Source: Catajapyx aquilonaris (Eukaryota). From it: a stretch of 63,640 nt of DNA. Shown in pieces: positions 1 to 12,300 of the stretch. The stretch is from assembly GCA_000934665.2 (NCBI GenBank), contig JYFJ02002077.1, forward strand, positions 1 through 63,640. Direction: 5' to 3'. How positions within the stretch are numbered: position 1 is the first letter of the stretch; each line of letters begins with the position of its first letter. A program made the translations under genes and the position numbers. The notes beneath the pieces are model-generated. The model saw only the letters and a program-made list of their open reading frames with translations. It had not been told where the DNA came from and ran no database searches.

Positions 1-266
1 ACTACTACCCTCCTGCACACCAGTAAGGCCAACTCTATCCTTTATTTCAATACCTACTTATGTTTAGAGGGTACATTACATACTTGGTCACCAATGCTTG
101 AAATTAGCCTCACTCACCAACACACTTCCACTATGCTTCGATGCCATTATTGATTGCAAAAATAAACAGGATAAGGCAAAAGGTGCAAAAGTTCGGAGGC
201 CCCCATCTGTAGTGCGGCATGAGAGGCACCTCAAAAATAATTTCCTACTGCGCATGGCTGAAATTA

Positions 267-877
267 CAGTAAAACTTCTATAAGTCGAATCTCCATGGGA
301 CCGGAAAAAAACTTCGAGTTATAGAAGATTCGAGTTAGGGAAGTATGGAATTTTTTAAGCACAGAACTCTATAAGGAAGGCTACCTTTCTATCCAGCGTC
401 GAAAGGTGTTCAAAACTTTAAAATAACTGTCACTATCACACTTACAATGTTCCTCATTGTTTTGTTGTAAAAAAAAACTCTGTTACGGACATTTGCCTAC
501 TCTTAGGTCCAAGGATTCAATTGTCGCAATCGAGTCAAACACTTCTGTTGGTATGTCTGGTAGACGGAGATCAGGAAAGAGTCGTTCTGTGCATGTGGCC
601 TATTCTATACTCTCGACCCTTCGCCTGGGAAATAAGACAATTTTCCGTACTCGCCAACATGAACTTCGACTTAGAGAGACTGAAAATGCAGTGATATCCC
701 ACAGCAAGGCCCTGCCTGCACTTCGAGTTATGGAGAACTTCAAGTTGTAGAAATTTGAGTTAGGGAAATTTATTTCCTATTATTTTACAGTGTGACCAAC
801 CAAGCTCGTCATTTTCTTCGACTTAATTTTAGAGAGAACTTTGACTTAGGGAAGTTCGACTTATAGAAGTTTTACTG
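267..877. mobile_element. pogo/Tigger-like MITE (family A, copy 1)
   Basis: TIR CAGTAAAACTTCTATAAGTCGAA ... TTCGACTTATAGAAGTTTTACTG, flanked by TA on both sides. Internal TTCGA(G/C)TTA repeats. A second copy lies at 10609-11131. Confidence 0.9.
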
Positions 878-978
878 TACTTTGTAGGAGAACTCACTTC
901 GCTGTGAATGGCCAATTGTGGTTAATGCAACCAAAGCTCAGAGTGCACACAACTGAGTTATTTTCACTCACATAACTA

Positions 979-1292
979 CACTGTAGGCTACTCCCGATTA
1001 TCCAGGCTAATGGCTGTGTGGATGTTGCTGGATAATCGGAAAACACACACTTGGAAAATGGTCCTAGATACCGTAAAATGAGCTATTCACGGGTTTTAAA
1101 TGAACAACTGTACATACTGTATTCTACTTTAAATAAGATTTAATCTAGATCTCTCTAGATGTTTAAAATTTGGAAAATGTCTCTTTTTTTTGCGAGAAAA
1201 ATTGAAATTTTTCCGGACTTTTATTTGTTTGGGCTATGCACAGATAATCTGAAACACGAATAATCTTAATCTGGATAATCGGGAGTACAGTG
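979..1292. mobile_element. Tc1/pogo-type MITE
   Basis: TA-CACTGTA..CTCCCGATTATCCAG at the left and CTGGATAATCGGGAGTACAGTG-TA at the right form imperfect TIRs with TA flanks. Confidence 0.75.
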
Positions 1293-1609
1293 TATTAAAC
1301 CATTGCAAAAATGCTTGTAAAAAATGATGTAAACACACACAAGTTGAATAAATACAATGATGCTGTCAACATCAAGGCATCATCTCTAAGGAAGACCTTC
1401 ACAATATAATTATGTTGGATCATGCTTAACTCCTGAGGACATGATGGCCTTGCAATGGCAGGAAGAATATAGGTTACTGTACCATTATGTTGGGTTGTCT
1501 TTTCAATGATTATAATTTTAAATTTGGTATATTTTAATTTGCGATCATCAGAGCCCAATAAAAAATAAATTGCAACTCATTAAAAATCACTACATACACA
1601 GTAAAGGCA

Positions 1610-1872
1610 TGGGCGGCACGGTGGTGTAGTGGTTAGCACCAAACCCTTCCACCTCTAAGGTCTCAAGTTCAATCCCTGGATCGGACAGAGGACGCTTCTG
1701 TGGATAGAGTTTTGATGGGTTCTCGCCGTGTTTGCATGGGTTTTCCCGTTACCTCCTGCTATCAAAATCCATCACAGCAAAAGCAATGATTAAAGTCAGT
1801 CAATTAAAAAGATGATCCCCTAAAAAGCCCAAGGAGGCTTATCAGGGGGTATCCATTAAAAGGCATCAAAAA
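1610..1872 (+). mobile_element. tRNA-derived SINE
   Basis: A box GGTGTAGTGG and B box GTTCAATCC in a tRNA-like head, followed by a conserved-domain-like body GTTCTCGCCGTGTTTGCATGGGTTTTCCC. Degenerate relatives at ~24480, ~37170 and ~61040. Confidence 0.8.
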
Positions 1873-2118
1873 GAATTAAGGTAATTATTGACAGCATCTA
1901 GTATGTTGGTTGGTACACAAGTTCAAAAAACAACATAATACATAGTGATCACTTACATAGATTCAAACCTGATTTAAATACTGCATGTGTAAACGATTAC
2001 ATCAGCCATATAAATAAGAATATACAAACTTGTGTAACAGTTATCACTTGAGCCATATAAATAAAAATATACAAACTTGTATAAAAGTCAAAAGTTTTCC
2101 ATCGTCCTACAATGATAT

Positions 2119-5100
2119 CTATCCCAGCTTGATAATTTCTTGGGTGCTCTGCATCCGTCGCAGCTTCTTGTAGAAAGTAACAGCAGCTGGGTGAGCCCGG
2201 ATGCAGTCTGGATTGAAGTCCAGCACTCGGAGAGACTTCATGCTCTTTGCACGGGATAGGGCGACATAGGCCTGACCAGACTCAAAGACCCTGCTGAGAC
2301 TCATCTCCACACAGTCCAGTGTCATTCCCTGAGATTTGTGTACTGATATGGCCCAAGCCAGTTTCAGTGGGATCTGCTTGCGGGATAAGGTTAATCCACC
2401 CGAGGAGCGGACAGACCACTGCTCATACTTGATAGTCTCTGTGCGGCCATTCAGGAAACGGACCTGAGGTAACCCTGTGAAAAAAGTTCAGATTATAGTA
2501 GTAGGACTCTCTTCCCTACTTATGGTTCTGGTTGAGAGAGACAATGACATGTGATTTTGTAGTTTTCATACTTGATAGCAGCTAACAGACTGCTAAGCCA
2601 CAAATGAGAAGCTTTGCACTCAAAAATAGTTATTCCCTGAACTGACAGCCATAGGTTCTTAAAATATACCATCCGTGTGTAAGTTTGATAGATAGTTGAT
2701 ATGGGGATTTGACGTAACAGTAATGCTTTGGTTGCCACTAGGCATCAACTCAAGGGGTTATTCACTTACATTTTTTGTGTACACGGACTACCTACAAAGG
2801 TGTACAAGGACTACCCTTAGTGAATAACCCCTTGCATCCACTGCACTGTGGGTTGAGAAGCTACTTTCGAAGAAATCCTTCTAAGGCTTATCAAAAATTT
2901 TAGAGAGCAAATATTCACTTCAATGGAAGTATCCCTTCAGAATTCAGATCATGAACTACAATTATCATCATATCCCAATAAGGCTTTGAGAATTACCAAT
3001 TTTGGCTTACTCGCACATGTGGTCAGTGGTTGAACCTTTTTTTAAAAATTGCCTCGACTCTCCTGCACTAGTTCAGTTGGATATATTCTTGCAATCCAAT
3101 ATTACCAGCTAATATTTTTTTGATATCCTGTAAGTTTCTTAGTGAAATTGAATTTCTACATAATGTGGACCATGTATGCACCTTGTAAAAGTATTATAAG
3201 ATTTTGGTGTAAGATTATGTTCTTACCATTTTCCTTAGAAAAACAGGTGACAACTCCCCTTGCTCCATTGACCAAACCCTGTGAGACATCCAGGTTTTTC
3301 AACAACATGACTTGGGCTCCAGTTTTTAGAGTCAGGGAGGAGGAAACCGGAGTTTGCTGGTCCAAAAACTTGTACAAGTTGGTGTCGCTATCTACTGATT
3401 TGAACTCCTTTGCTGCACCTAAATCATGATGAAATTAGACAACCTGAAGTATTGCAAGGTAACGGGGAACTCACCCGGAAGTCTATCCAGCTCAGACTGG
3501 TTCACTTGGTCAACGTCTTCTGTGTGTGTGCATAGTCGAGTAGCTTGGATCCCTTCTTGGCTTACACTATTGTGTGCAGTTGCTTTCAGCTTCTCTGCCA
3601 CTTTGGGGGGACACCTGAGGAGGAGTAATGTGTGTTTTGTTATTTTGTTTAAAAAATTGCACCTTGTTATTGTGGGGGTTCCAGGAAAAATATTTTGAAC
3701 AGAAAAAAGGGTTCTGCAACAAGCAAAAGACTGCAGACCAGTAGCTGACACCATCATGCTGTCAACCAGATAAGAGACCCACTTACTCGCCAAGTCGTAT
3801 CTGCTGCAGTAGCTGGACAAACTCTGCTTCAGACTGCCGCTTGACTGCAGTCAACTCATGGGTGAGCTGCAAGCATTTTTCCCAAGCAATGGATTGGAAG
3901 CAGAACTTTCGCTTCTGGTCTCCCTTAACTACAGGGGGAAGTTGCAAGAAATCCCCACACAAGATCAACTGAATGCCTCCAAAGGGCCTGTCATTTCCCC
4001 GCAACATCCTGGCAACTGCTTCAAGCTTCTGGAACATGTCAGCATCCACCATGGACACCTCATCCACTATTAAATGGCGGCACTTCTTCCAGTTGAAGTG
4101 AGCAATACGATTTGAGAGTGCCTTGTTGAAACACTGTTGTAGCGGGGCTTCTCCACTTCCGATCCCTGCAAAGGCATGAAGCGTGGTGCCACCTATCTGG
4201 CAAGCAGCCACACCAGTGCTGGCTGTGACGAAGGTACTCTCCGGTGGGAGGAGACCTACAATGCACTTGAGGAGGAATGACTTGCCTGTGCCTGCACTTC
4301 CTGAAAGGCAAGTTCATAAATAGATGTTAATAATCACATATTGCAACCTTGGATATAAAATGACTGAGTGGTGAGAGTGAGATACATTAACGAGGGCACA
4401 CAACTCTATCTGAAATTAATTCATCCATTCCTCTGATGCTCCTTTTCATGATTGTAATAATATTGCATTATGCTTCATGCCACAAGTCAATAACATGCTT
4501 TTATGCAACCACCATTATTTTGTTTTCACCAGATTATTCTTCGTGTGGAGGATCACTTAGGAGCCTTCACCCGAGCCATGTCATTCCATGTGTTTGGAGT
4601 GACCCAAAACCATAGCAGCCCTTATTGGTCAAGTGATCTTCACACATGTCAGGCCACACAATATTAGTAACTTTGTTTAGTAATAGAGATATTGGAGGGT
4701 ATGAGCACTGACATAATGGTAATGTAGTAACACAGGAGCAGCAGCAGTAGTAATGACAGTAAATCTATTAACCTGTGAAAAAGAGGCTTTTCCCACTCAT
4801 CACAGCACTGACGACATTCTTTTGCTCAGCAGTCAGTGTAGCCAGGCTCAGTGAATACAACAGCGGTTTTTTAGCCACAACACCGTGTTCTTTCTGAAAC
4901 AAGTAAAACAAGGGAAATCATACCAGGTGGTGACAGGCAAAACAAAATGACCTTACCTTGACAGAATTGTCCTCTTCTCGCATCCTCTTCCTTGGCAAAT
5001 TTGTCCTTTCCCTCATTGGTGTCACTTGGCCCTTTGCATTCTGAGCATCTGAAGCCTTTCCAATCTGCTTGCGAAGGCTATCCAGATCCTTGTCAGTCAG

Positions 5101-5558
5101 AGGACTAATCTCATCAAAACTTGGCTTCTTTTCGGTCAATAACCGCTGTCGGCATGTAGGATGCACGACATCTTTGTCAGCAGCCATCTTGGCACACAAA
5201 GTGCGCAGAAAAGTAAAGATCTGGCTAGGAGGCGCATCTGAAACCATCAGTTTTGCAGCTGGTTTTCGAATCTCAAATGTAGCTTTGCCCTCCTAAAAAT
5301 ATTTACGGTTTAGTTATTTGGCTCTCACGTGCATTGAAATGTCCAGGTTACCTTCATAAAACGTTTGTGAATAAGAGCTTCCTTCAGAGAATACAGGGAA
5401 GCAGTTTTCCCAGTCTCCACTCTAAGGAGCAGGTCCCTGAATTCATTACGCCCCATCAGAAGGGCAGCCTTCTTGTGGGTGGCGCGGTGTGAGTTTGGAT
5501 GCTCCACAACCAAGGTGCAAGTCACGCTCACACCACCTTCCTCAGGGCGAAAAGACAT
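2119..5558 (-). CDS. PIF1: ATP-dependent DNA helicase PIF1
   Basis: Spliced exons ~5558-5352, 5292-4956, 4893-4773, 4301-3787, 3616-3474, 3418-3226 and 2475-2119. Motifs: Walker [63 protein letters not shown] and [10 protein letters not shown]. Confidence 0.96.
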
Positions 5559-5599
5559 TGCTGATCACTCGACTGCAAAATAACAATAATTTATTAACA

Positions 5600-6300
5600 C
5601 AGGCTTGATAGAGCAGATCTGTGTGAATAAGTGAGGCACACCCTCTTGTCCCCACCGGTATGTTACCACTCTTCCAGTGCGAATCCTCACCTTGCAGCTG
5701 CGGTCAGATTCCCGGGTGAGGCGAGAAAGGCCAAAGGCGAGCCCAGTTGTAGTGAAGAAAGACAGGCGTGCTTGTCCCGCCCTTTTAAACCCTCCTCAGA
5801 GTTGTCGGTTGTACGGTTTTTTAAATGGCGCGTTGCCAACAGGCACCAACCGCCAACTGTCCCTTTGGATAAATAATTAAATAAGTGTGTTCCAGGGGAG
5901 CGTGTGGCTGGCCAAGTTTGGGTTAATCATTTAGAGGAGTTTCTTACGTAATTAATAAATAACAGTTTCTTGGCGTGACGTAATGCAGATCGATTTAGAA
6001 GGCAACCCTGCTTTGTCTACAGATTATGCGAGCATGGCCGCGCCCAGCCGTTGACTGATATGCCCTTTTCATCCTCGCTCTTCCTTCCTTGTGGCCGGAG
6101 TTGGGCTTACCACGCACCAGCGCAGGCCCTGCAGGAGGAAAGGCTGAAGGCGAAGGAAGTCCGGCCGTGGTCTGCGATGGTCTCGGGAGAGTGCAAAGGA
6201 GGAAGGAGGCCCAGTGACTTATTGTCACACCACTGTTGATTGCCTCTCGGGTTGTCGCTTCTTCGCCTGCAGAAAGAGTGTTTTCACTGGGGCGTGACTG
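5600..6300. promoter_or_regulatory. CpG-rich bidirectional promoter region PIF1/ADAM17
   Basis: The start codons point away from each other ~750 bp apart. CpG is locally abundant. E2F/CHR-like motifs (CCCGCCCTTTTAAA ~5776, TTTAAATGGCGCG ~5820) and a CRE-like TGACGTAA ~5976 are present. Confidence 0.6.
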
Positions 6301-6305
6301 GGGCC

Positions 6306-9300
6306 ATGGGGTTGACCAGAAGGACCCTGCCTTTCTCGGCACTCATTATTGCCAGCTTTCTTCACACTGTGTCTCCTGGTGAGTTTTGCTCTGGCTAATT
6401 GCCTGCAATCTTGCAGTGTATGAAATGCAATTTTTAAAAGCTAGAGTTACCTGAGTGAGAAGCAATCGAAAGTTAACAGTAGCTGGATACTTTGCCATAA
6501 AAGAATTGATTTTACTTGATCAACATAGGGGAAATATTACTTGAATATGCAGATATGTCAATTCTACCGTCCAGGTGTACACACAATGTTATTATGTTGC
6601 ATACGGCAGTGATTTGCTTCCTTGTGTGCATGACCTGCAGTCTTATCTGTTTTACACCCATATTATCAGCCCAGCCTACATAAAGCTTCTGCCGACAACC
6701 GATAAAAGTTACAGCTGTCAGTGGACAATGGATCATGACCAACATTACTATTCCATCAACATTTAAAAGTATTCATCTCAATTTATTTTTAACATTTGAT
6801 GCTGCAATTAGGCTTGGTATTAATTGACGAAAAGTGTTGCAAGAGAAGATTGACTTACATGCTGGTCAAGTCATGAGTGATTATTATTATTGGTAGCAGG
6901 AGAAAACAAATGTACCTCCTGAGTTAATTCTACCGGTGCCAGTCATTAAGCATTACTCTTTTGATTAGTTTCCCCACTGTAAATTATTATTTCATTGTGT
7001 ATAAGGTAATTATAAAATGAAGTGCAGCTTGGAACATTGAAGGATTTTTTTCCTAAACAGATGGGCCTGTTTTGTTTCCTCTCTTTTTTTCCTGCTGTTA
7101 AACAACTTACTTCCTGCAGGAAGCCAACTGTCAGGATCAATTTACAACAACTTGAGGTACTTTGAGACTCTCCCGGCATCTGAACTTAACCATCATGTAG
7201 TCAAGCGAGGAGTGAATCCTAGTCCTCACCCACTCAACACAATAAAGGAAGTTTCCTTCAAGACCATGGGGAGGTGAGATATATTGGTACTTTCATATTC
7301 TAGGTGGAGATTTCACAATCACACCATTTTTGCAGGAATTTTCGGCTGATTTTGTCCCCACAGAAAGAATTATTTCATTCTCAATTCAAAGCATATGATG
7401 TTGGCCGCGATGGGAAAGAAAAACCCATCACGATAAGTATGGTGACATTTACAAGACATTCAGTATGCTTGTGAATAAAATGTAGCTGACAAAACCATTT
7501 TTCACAGATCGAGACAATTTTTATGTTGGACGTGTGTTTGGAGAAATTGAATCTGATGCTAGGCTACATTTGGATAAAGGAGTAATGACTGGAACTATTC
7601 GCTTACCAGAAGATTCATATCATATTGAGGTGAGTAAGGTATATTTTGCTTGCAATTCAGGGTAAGAAAATTAAAATAGTTCCTTCACAATATTAAAAAT
7701 AGGTAGATCTATTACTCCCCAAATGGAGTGCAATAAAGTACACTGGTATAAAAAGGTACTTTTATTTGTTAAGATTGTCTTTTGGGTTATATTTGTCCAG
7801 AATTCCTTGTTCATACCAAGGACTACTGATAATTCCATTGCTTTTTTTGGAAATTGCAATATAAATGTAACAGTTCAATAGTATTCTTCTAGATGAACAA
7901 TATGGAAATTATTTTTTGGACATTATGATATCTTACTGACTTTCGCCTTGAGAGACATGTAGTATTACTTTACCTGCACAATTGACAGCCATCCTGGAGG
8001 CACCTGCCAGAGACAGACTATGACACCATGCTCGTCTACCGTGGCTCAGATGTGAAGTTCAGCTGGGAGAGTGACGAGCTTGATCCACAGGAGAGGAGAG
8101 TGTGTGGGTATGTCCAGGAAGAGGCCAACGCCACCAGGAGTGACACAGAGAAGGGCCAATGTGAAGAGGGCTGTGAAAGGGAGAAGAGGCAAGCCGACCT
8201 GTACGACTACACTCCAACCAAGACTCGTTGTCCCCTCCTCCTGGTGGCAGACTACCGGTTTTATCGAGAAATGGGAGCCAGCAACACTAAGACTACCATC
8301 AACTACTTGGTTATAACACTGCACCTGCTTATTAGCATGGCACCATTGCATGATCAAATATTGTAATGGCCTGATAGGATCTATGTAGGAAACAAAATAA
8401 CCATTGGCAGGGCAGACTGTGTCACAGTTACGGCGACCTGACCATAAAGGCCCCGCGCAGACTGAGAAGATTGTAGGAAGTTAAATATCCTGTATAAATA
8501 TTATGGCCAGGATTGAAGATGTAATAGAGAAGAAACTAAAAAACTCAGTAATTTAATGTGTGTCACAAGAGTGGAAAGAAAGAATTAACCTGGGGAGACA
8601 GTAGTTGGACTGCAATCATTATAAGTGGTGATAAATACTTGCAGTTGGGATACATGTCTGGTGGAGATAATCTTTAAAATACTGCTATGAAATAAATACC
8701 TTTATCGCATTGGAAAAGGTCATGTTAGCATGCAAACACACAAACAATAACATAGTATAGTCATATCCCTTTATAACGAATCTGAATATAACGGAAATCC
8801 TCGTATAACGGATTTTTTTTGGTGACCATCAGAGGCCCCATATAAACACATGTTAAAAATATCAGTTTTTAACGAATGGATTTTCGGTTTCGGTTCGCAT
8901 ATAAAGAAAAAATTTCACTCCTCCCGTCCCACCTCTCGGCTGAAAAAGGGCAGAAGTTGGCAAATCGGGCCATAAATCACCATCTGTGCGTTCCGGATTC
9001 TACTTCTTTTCACACATTCTGTCCAAAAGTTGATAATTTGGGGTCCTAATGGAAGGGAAAGGATTCTCTGGGAGGGCTCTTGGGCAGTGACTCTGAGCTC
9101 CGGGCAGTGACTTTGAGCTCCGGACTGGATTTGTTGCTAGCATGTGGGCCCCCCAGAGTAGGAGGCATGTGGTTAAAGCCTGGGAAAATTCATCTGAAAT
9201 ATGAGTAGCAAAACGAATCACATCTGGAACGGAATTGCTGGACTTGGACTTATCATATAAGCAGGTGGGATAAGTGCTTGGCCTGCATCTGGTGCAGTCC

Positions 9301-12300
9301 TCCGGTGTTTGTTCAGTCAGTGTGGCTGATCAGACGATTTGCTGTAGATTATTGTTGTTACCTTTGCGCCGTGCTTTGTGAGATAATCTAATTAAGTGCG
9401 GAAGAATTTTTAAACTATTTTCCCGCTACCAGGGCTTAATATAATGCCTAAATATTTAAAAAAGTTAGGTTTAAATGCGTTTTTTAATATAATGAAATTT
9501 GCATATAACGAAAGACTTTGGTTCCCTTCAATTTCATTAAGAGGGATTTGACTGCATATATTATGAATTGAGGCGCTCAGAGGAAGAACGGCATATCCCA
9601 ACTGACCTCCAATTTTGAGTTTGTAGTGCTGTTGTACTCTCCTTCCATCTACCTTTCATGTGCTGAAATACCAAATGAATTGGAACATGTCAAAGCTCAC
9701 ATATTCCACTTGTAAAATTTGTCCTTAGCTTTAGCTGCATGATAAGCAAAACACGAAAAGCCACTTTTCTCTAAATGAACTCTGGTTGGGATATGCCATT
9801 CTTCTTCTGAGCACCTCAAATATTTATCATGCATGTGCATTATGCCTTTTTCCTGAAATTTGTCAATAAGTGAGATTGTTTAGTTTTGTGATTACATCAT
9901 ATGCACCTATATCCTTGTTGCAGATAAGCCTGATAGATCGAGTCCACAAAATATATGAGGACACCCACTGGCGAGATCGTCCAGATGAAGAAGGTTTCAA
10001 AGGAATGGGATTTGTTATTAAGAAGATTGTGGTGCACAGTGATCCAACACAAGTGCGTCATGGAGAACTACACTACAATATGGCTCAGGACAAGTGGGAT
10101 GTTCGCACTCTGCTTGAGGTAAAACATCTGCTTGAGGTCTCAAACGAAGTAAAATTGTAAAGGCCAAAGGATTATTAGGACTCTCCTTCGTTTGTTGTCT
10201 TTGGCTTAAATGAAATGTATACCTCGTGATAGCTCTAAAGTGGACCCTCCAAAACAACAAATCTGTGTTGTGATTGCATGTAGATAGAGAGATTGATAGA
10301 TTATCCCCATCCTTACAACTAGAATTGCATATGCTTGCATCTGATATTTCCGTTGACACTTGCATGCCGGGAACGTAAGGAAGGATCAGGTATTCGTTAC
10401 CTGCTCTTTATTACTCATCTTCATTAGCTACTGGTATTAGTAGGGGATGTTAATAAAATCTTGAGATTGCCTGCAAGTAAGTTATGTACGTAAAATGCTA
10501 ATATTTTAAAGTAGTAATGAAGTTGGAGTAAGTGCATGACTTGCTTGAAGACTAAGATTCATTGTACAAAAGTTTTCTTGCATCAGCTGTGTTTTATAAA
10601 ACAAATTACAGTAAAACTTCTATAAGTCAAATCTCCATGGGTTTGGAATTTTTAAAGCACATAACTCTATAAAGAAGCCTACCTCTATATCCAGCGACGA
10701 AAGGTGTTCAAAACTTAAAAATAACTGTCACTATCACACTTATAATGTTCCTCGTTGTTTTGTTGTAAAAAAAACTCTGTTATTGACATTTGCCTACTCT
10801 TAGATTCAAGGATTCAATTGTCACAATCGAGTGAAACACTTCTTTCGGTACGTCTGGTAGAAGGAGATCAGGGAATTGAGCCTTTCTGTACATGTGGCCT
10901 ACTCTCGACCCTTCGGCTGGGAAATGAGAAAATTTTCCATTCTCGCCAACATGAACTTGGACTTAGGGAGACTGAAAATGCATTGATATCCCATCGTAAG
11001 GCCCTGCCTGCACTTCGAGTTATGGAGAACTTCGAGTTTTAGAAATTCAAGTTAGGGAAGTTGATTTCCTATTATTTTACATTGTGACCAACCAAGCTAA
11101 TCATTTTCTTCGACTTATAGAAGTTTTACTATATTTTGCTTTCTCTTTATAATGGGTATGCAAAAGGAATTCTATTAAGCTCTATCGTCTGAAGTCCATT
11201 GAGCCAGCACACCAGAACTTGCTGTATTCACTGGCATGTAAACAAGTGCCAAGTCAAATCTTTGCTTTTGATTTTCTCAAAACTTGTTTTTTGGACTGTG
11301 GATTTCTCTTATATGCCCACAATGTATGTACATTTTTCAAGAGAATGGGGTCAATTTGGAATGAGTCCCATTTCTAGGTGTTTTCACGTGGGAATCATTC
11401 TGAGTTTTGCCTGGCACACCTGCACACTCACTCTGGATTCACCACTGGTGGAGGCAGTGTACTTGGCTTGGCCTACATTGCCTCCGCCAGGTTTCACTCT
11501 GCGGGTGGGATTTGTTCTCAAGGTGCACCAACATTTTAAATTTATCACTCACTAAGTGGGGATGCATGTGTCATGATCGCTAACCAACAATATCAGTGTT
11601 ATCATCATTGCGTTTTTAAATGCTCCATTGATCCAGAAATTAGAACCTGAAACTGGACTTCTAAAATACCATGTGCCCTTCAAAAAGCATACTGGTGAGG
11701 ATCTGAAACTTTTTTGATGCTCCAAACAGAAGACATAAATGGTTAAAGTTTGTAACTAGCTGAGGGTCATGTGATTGCAGGTGACTTCATGAGTACTTAC
11801 ATTGACAGTGGAGGCATTGCCTATCTATGCTGTTGTCACTTTTCACAGCTACTGTTGCTTTATTGCTGTTGGATGTGACTGAATTCAAAGAGGAGGGTAT
11901 CACCTGACTTTCTGCAGCATTTTCAGCTAGAAGGGAAGCCCAAATAAGTGTCTAGCATGAGTAGAATTGAGTTGTCAGCAAGGGCATAGGCATGCATATG
12001 GTAGCACAAAGTCCTCATCAAACATGGAAATGGAGACATATTTATTGAGTCTTCCAACATTCTTTACATTCTTTTGGTTGAGTTGTTTATAAGAATCAGA
12101 AAATCAACTATTAGTGCTTTTTATGAACAGCCTGGAAATAGTTGAAAGGATTTAATAATATTGCAAACATGGTACATGGTGGATGGTGTTGTAAGCAACA
12201 ATAAATTGCAATATGTTTGTTCTGTACCACACATCTTATTTGCATTTGTTATAGTAATTAATGGTTTTAAATATGCAGGTACATGTACTAATTTACTTTA

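Noticed and set aside
457..750. Similar ~95-aa ORFs at 457-750 and 10755-11042
   Set aside because: These are chance ORFs with non-ATG starts inside two copies of the same MITE, and they are frameshifted relative to each other.
1610..1690. tRNA-like sequences here and at ~36680 and ~41405
   Set aside because: They have A/B boxes but lack proper acceptor stems and continue into repeated bodies, so they are SINE heads rather than tRNA genes.
2003..2082. Direct duplication AGCCATATAAATAA(G/A)AATATACAAACTTGT
   Set aside because: A simple local duplication in the PIF1 3' UTR with no evidence of function.
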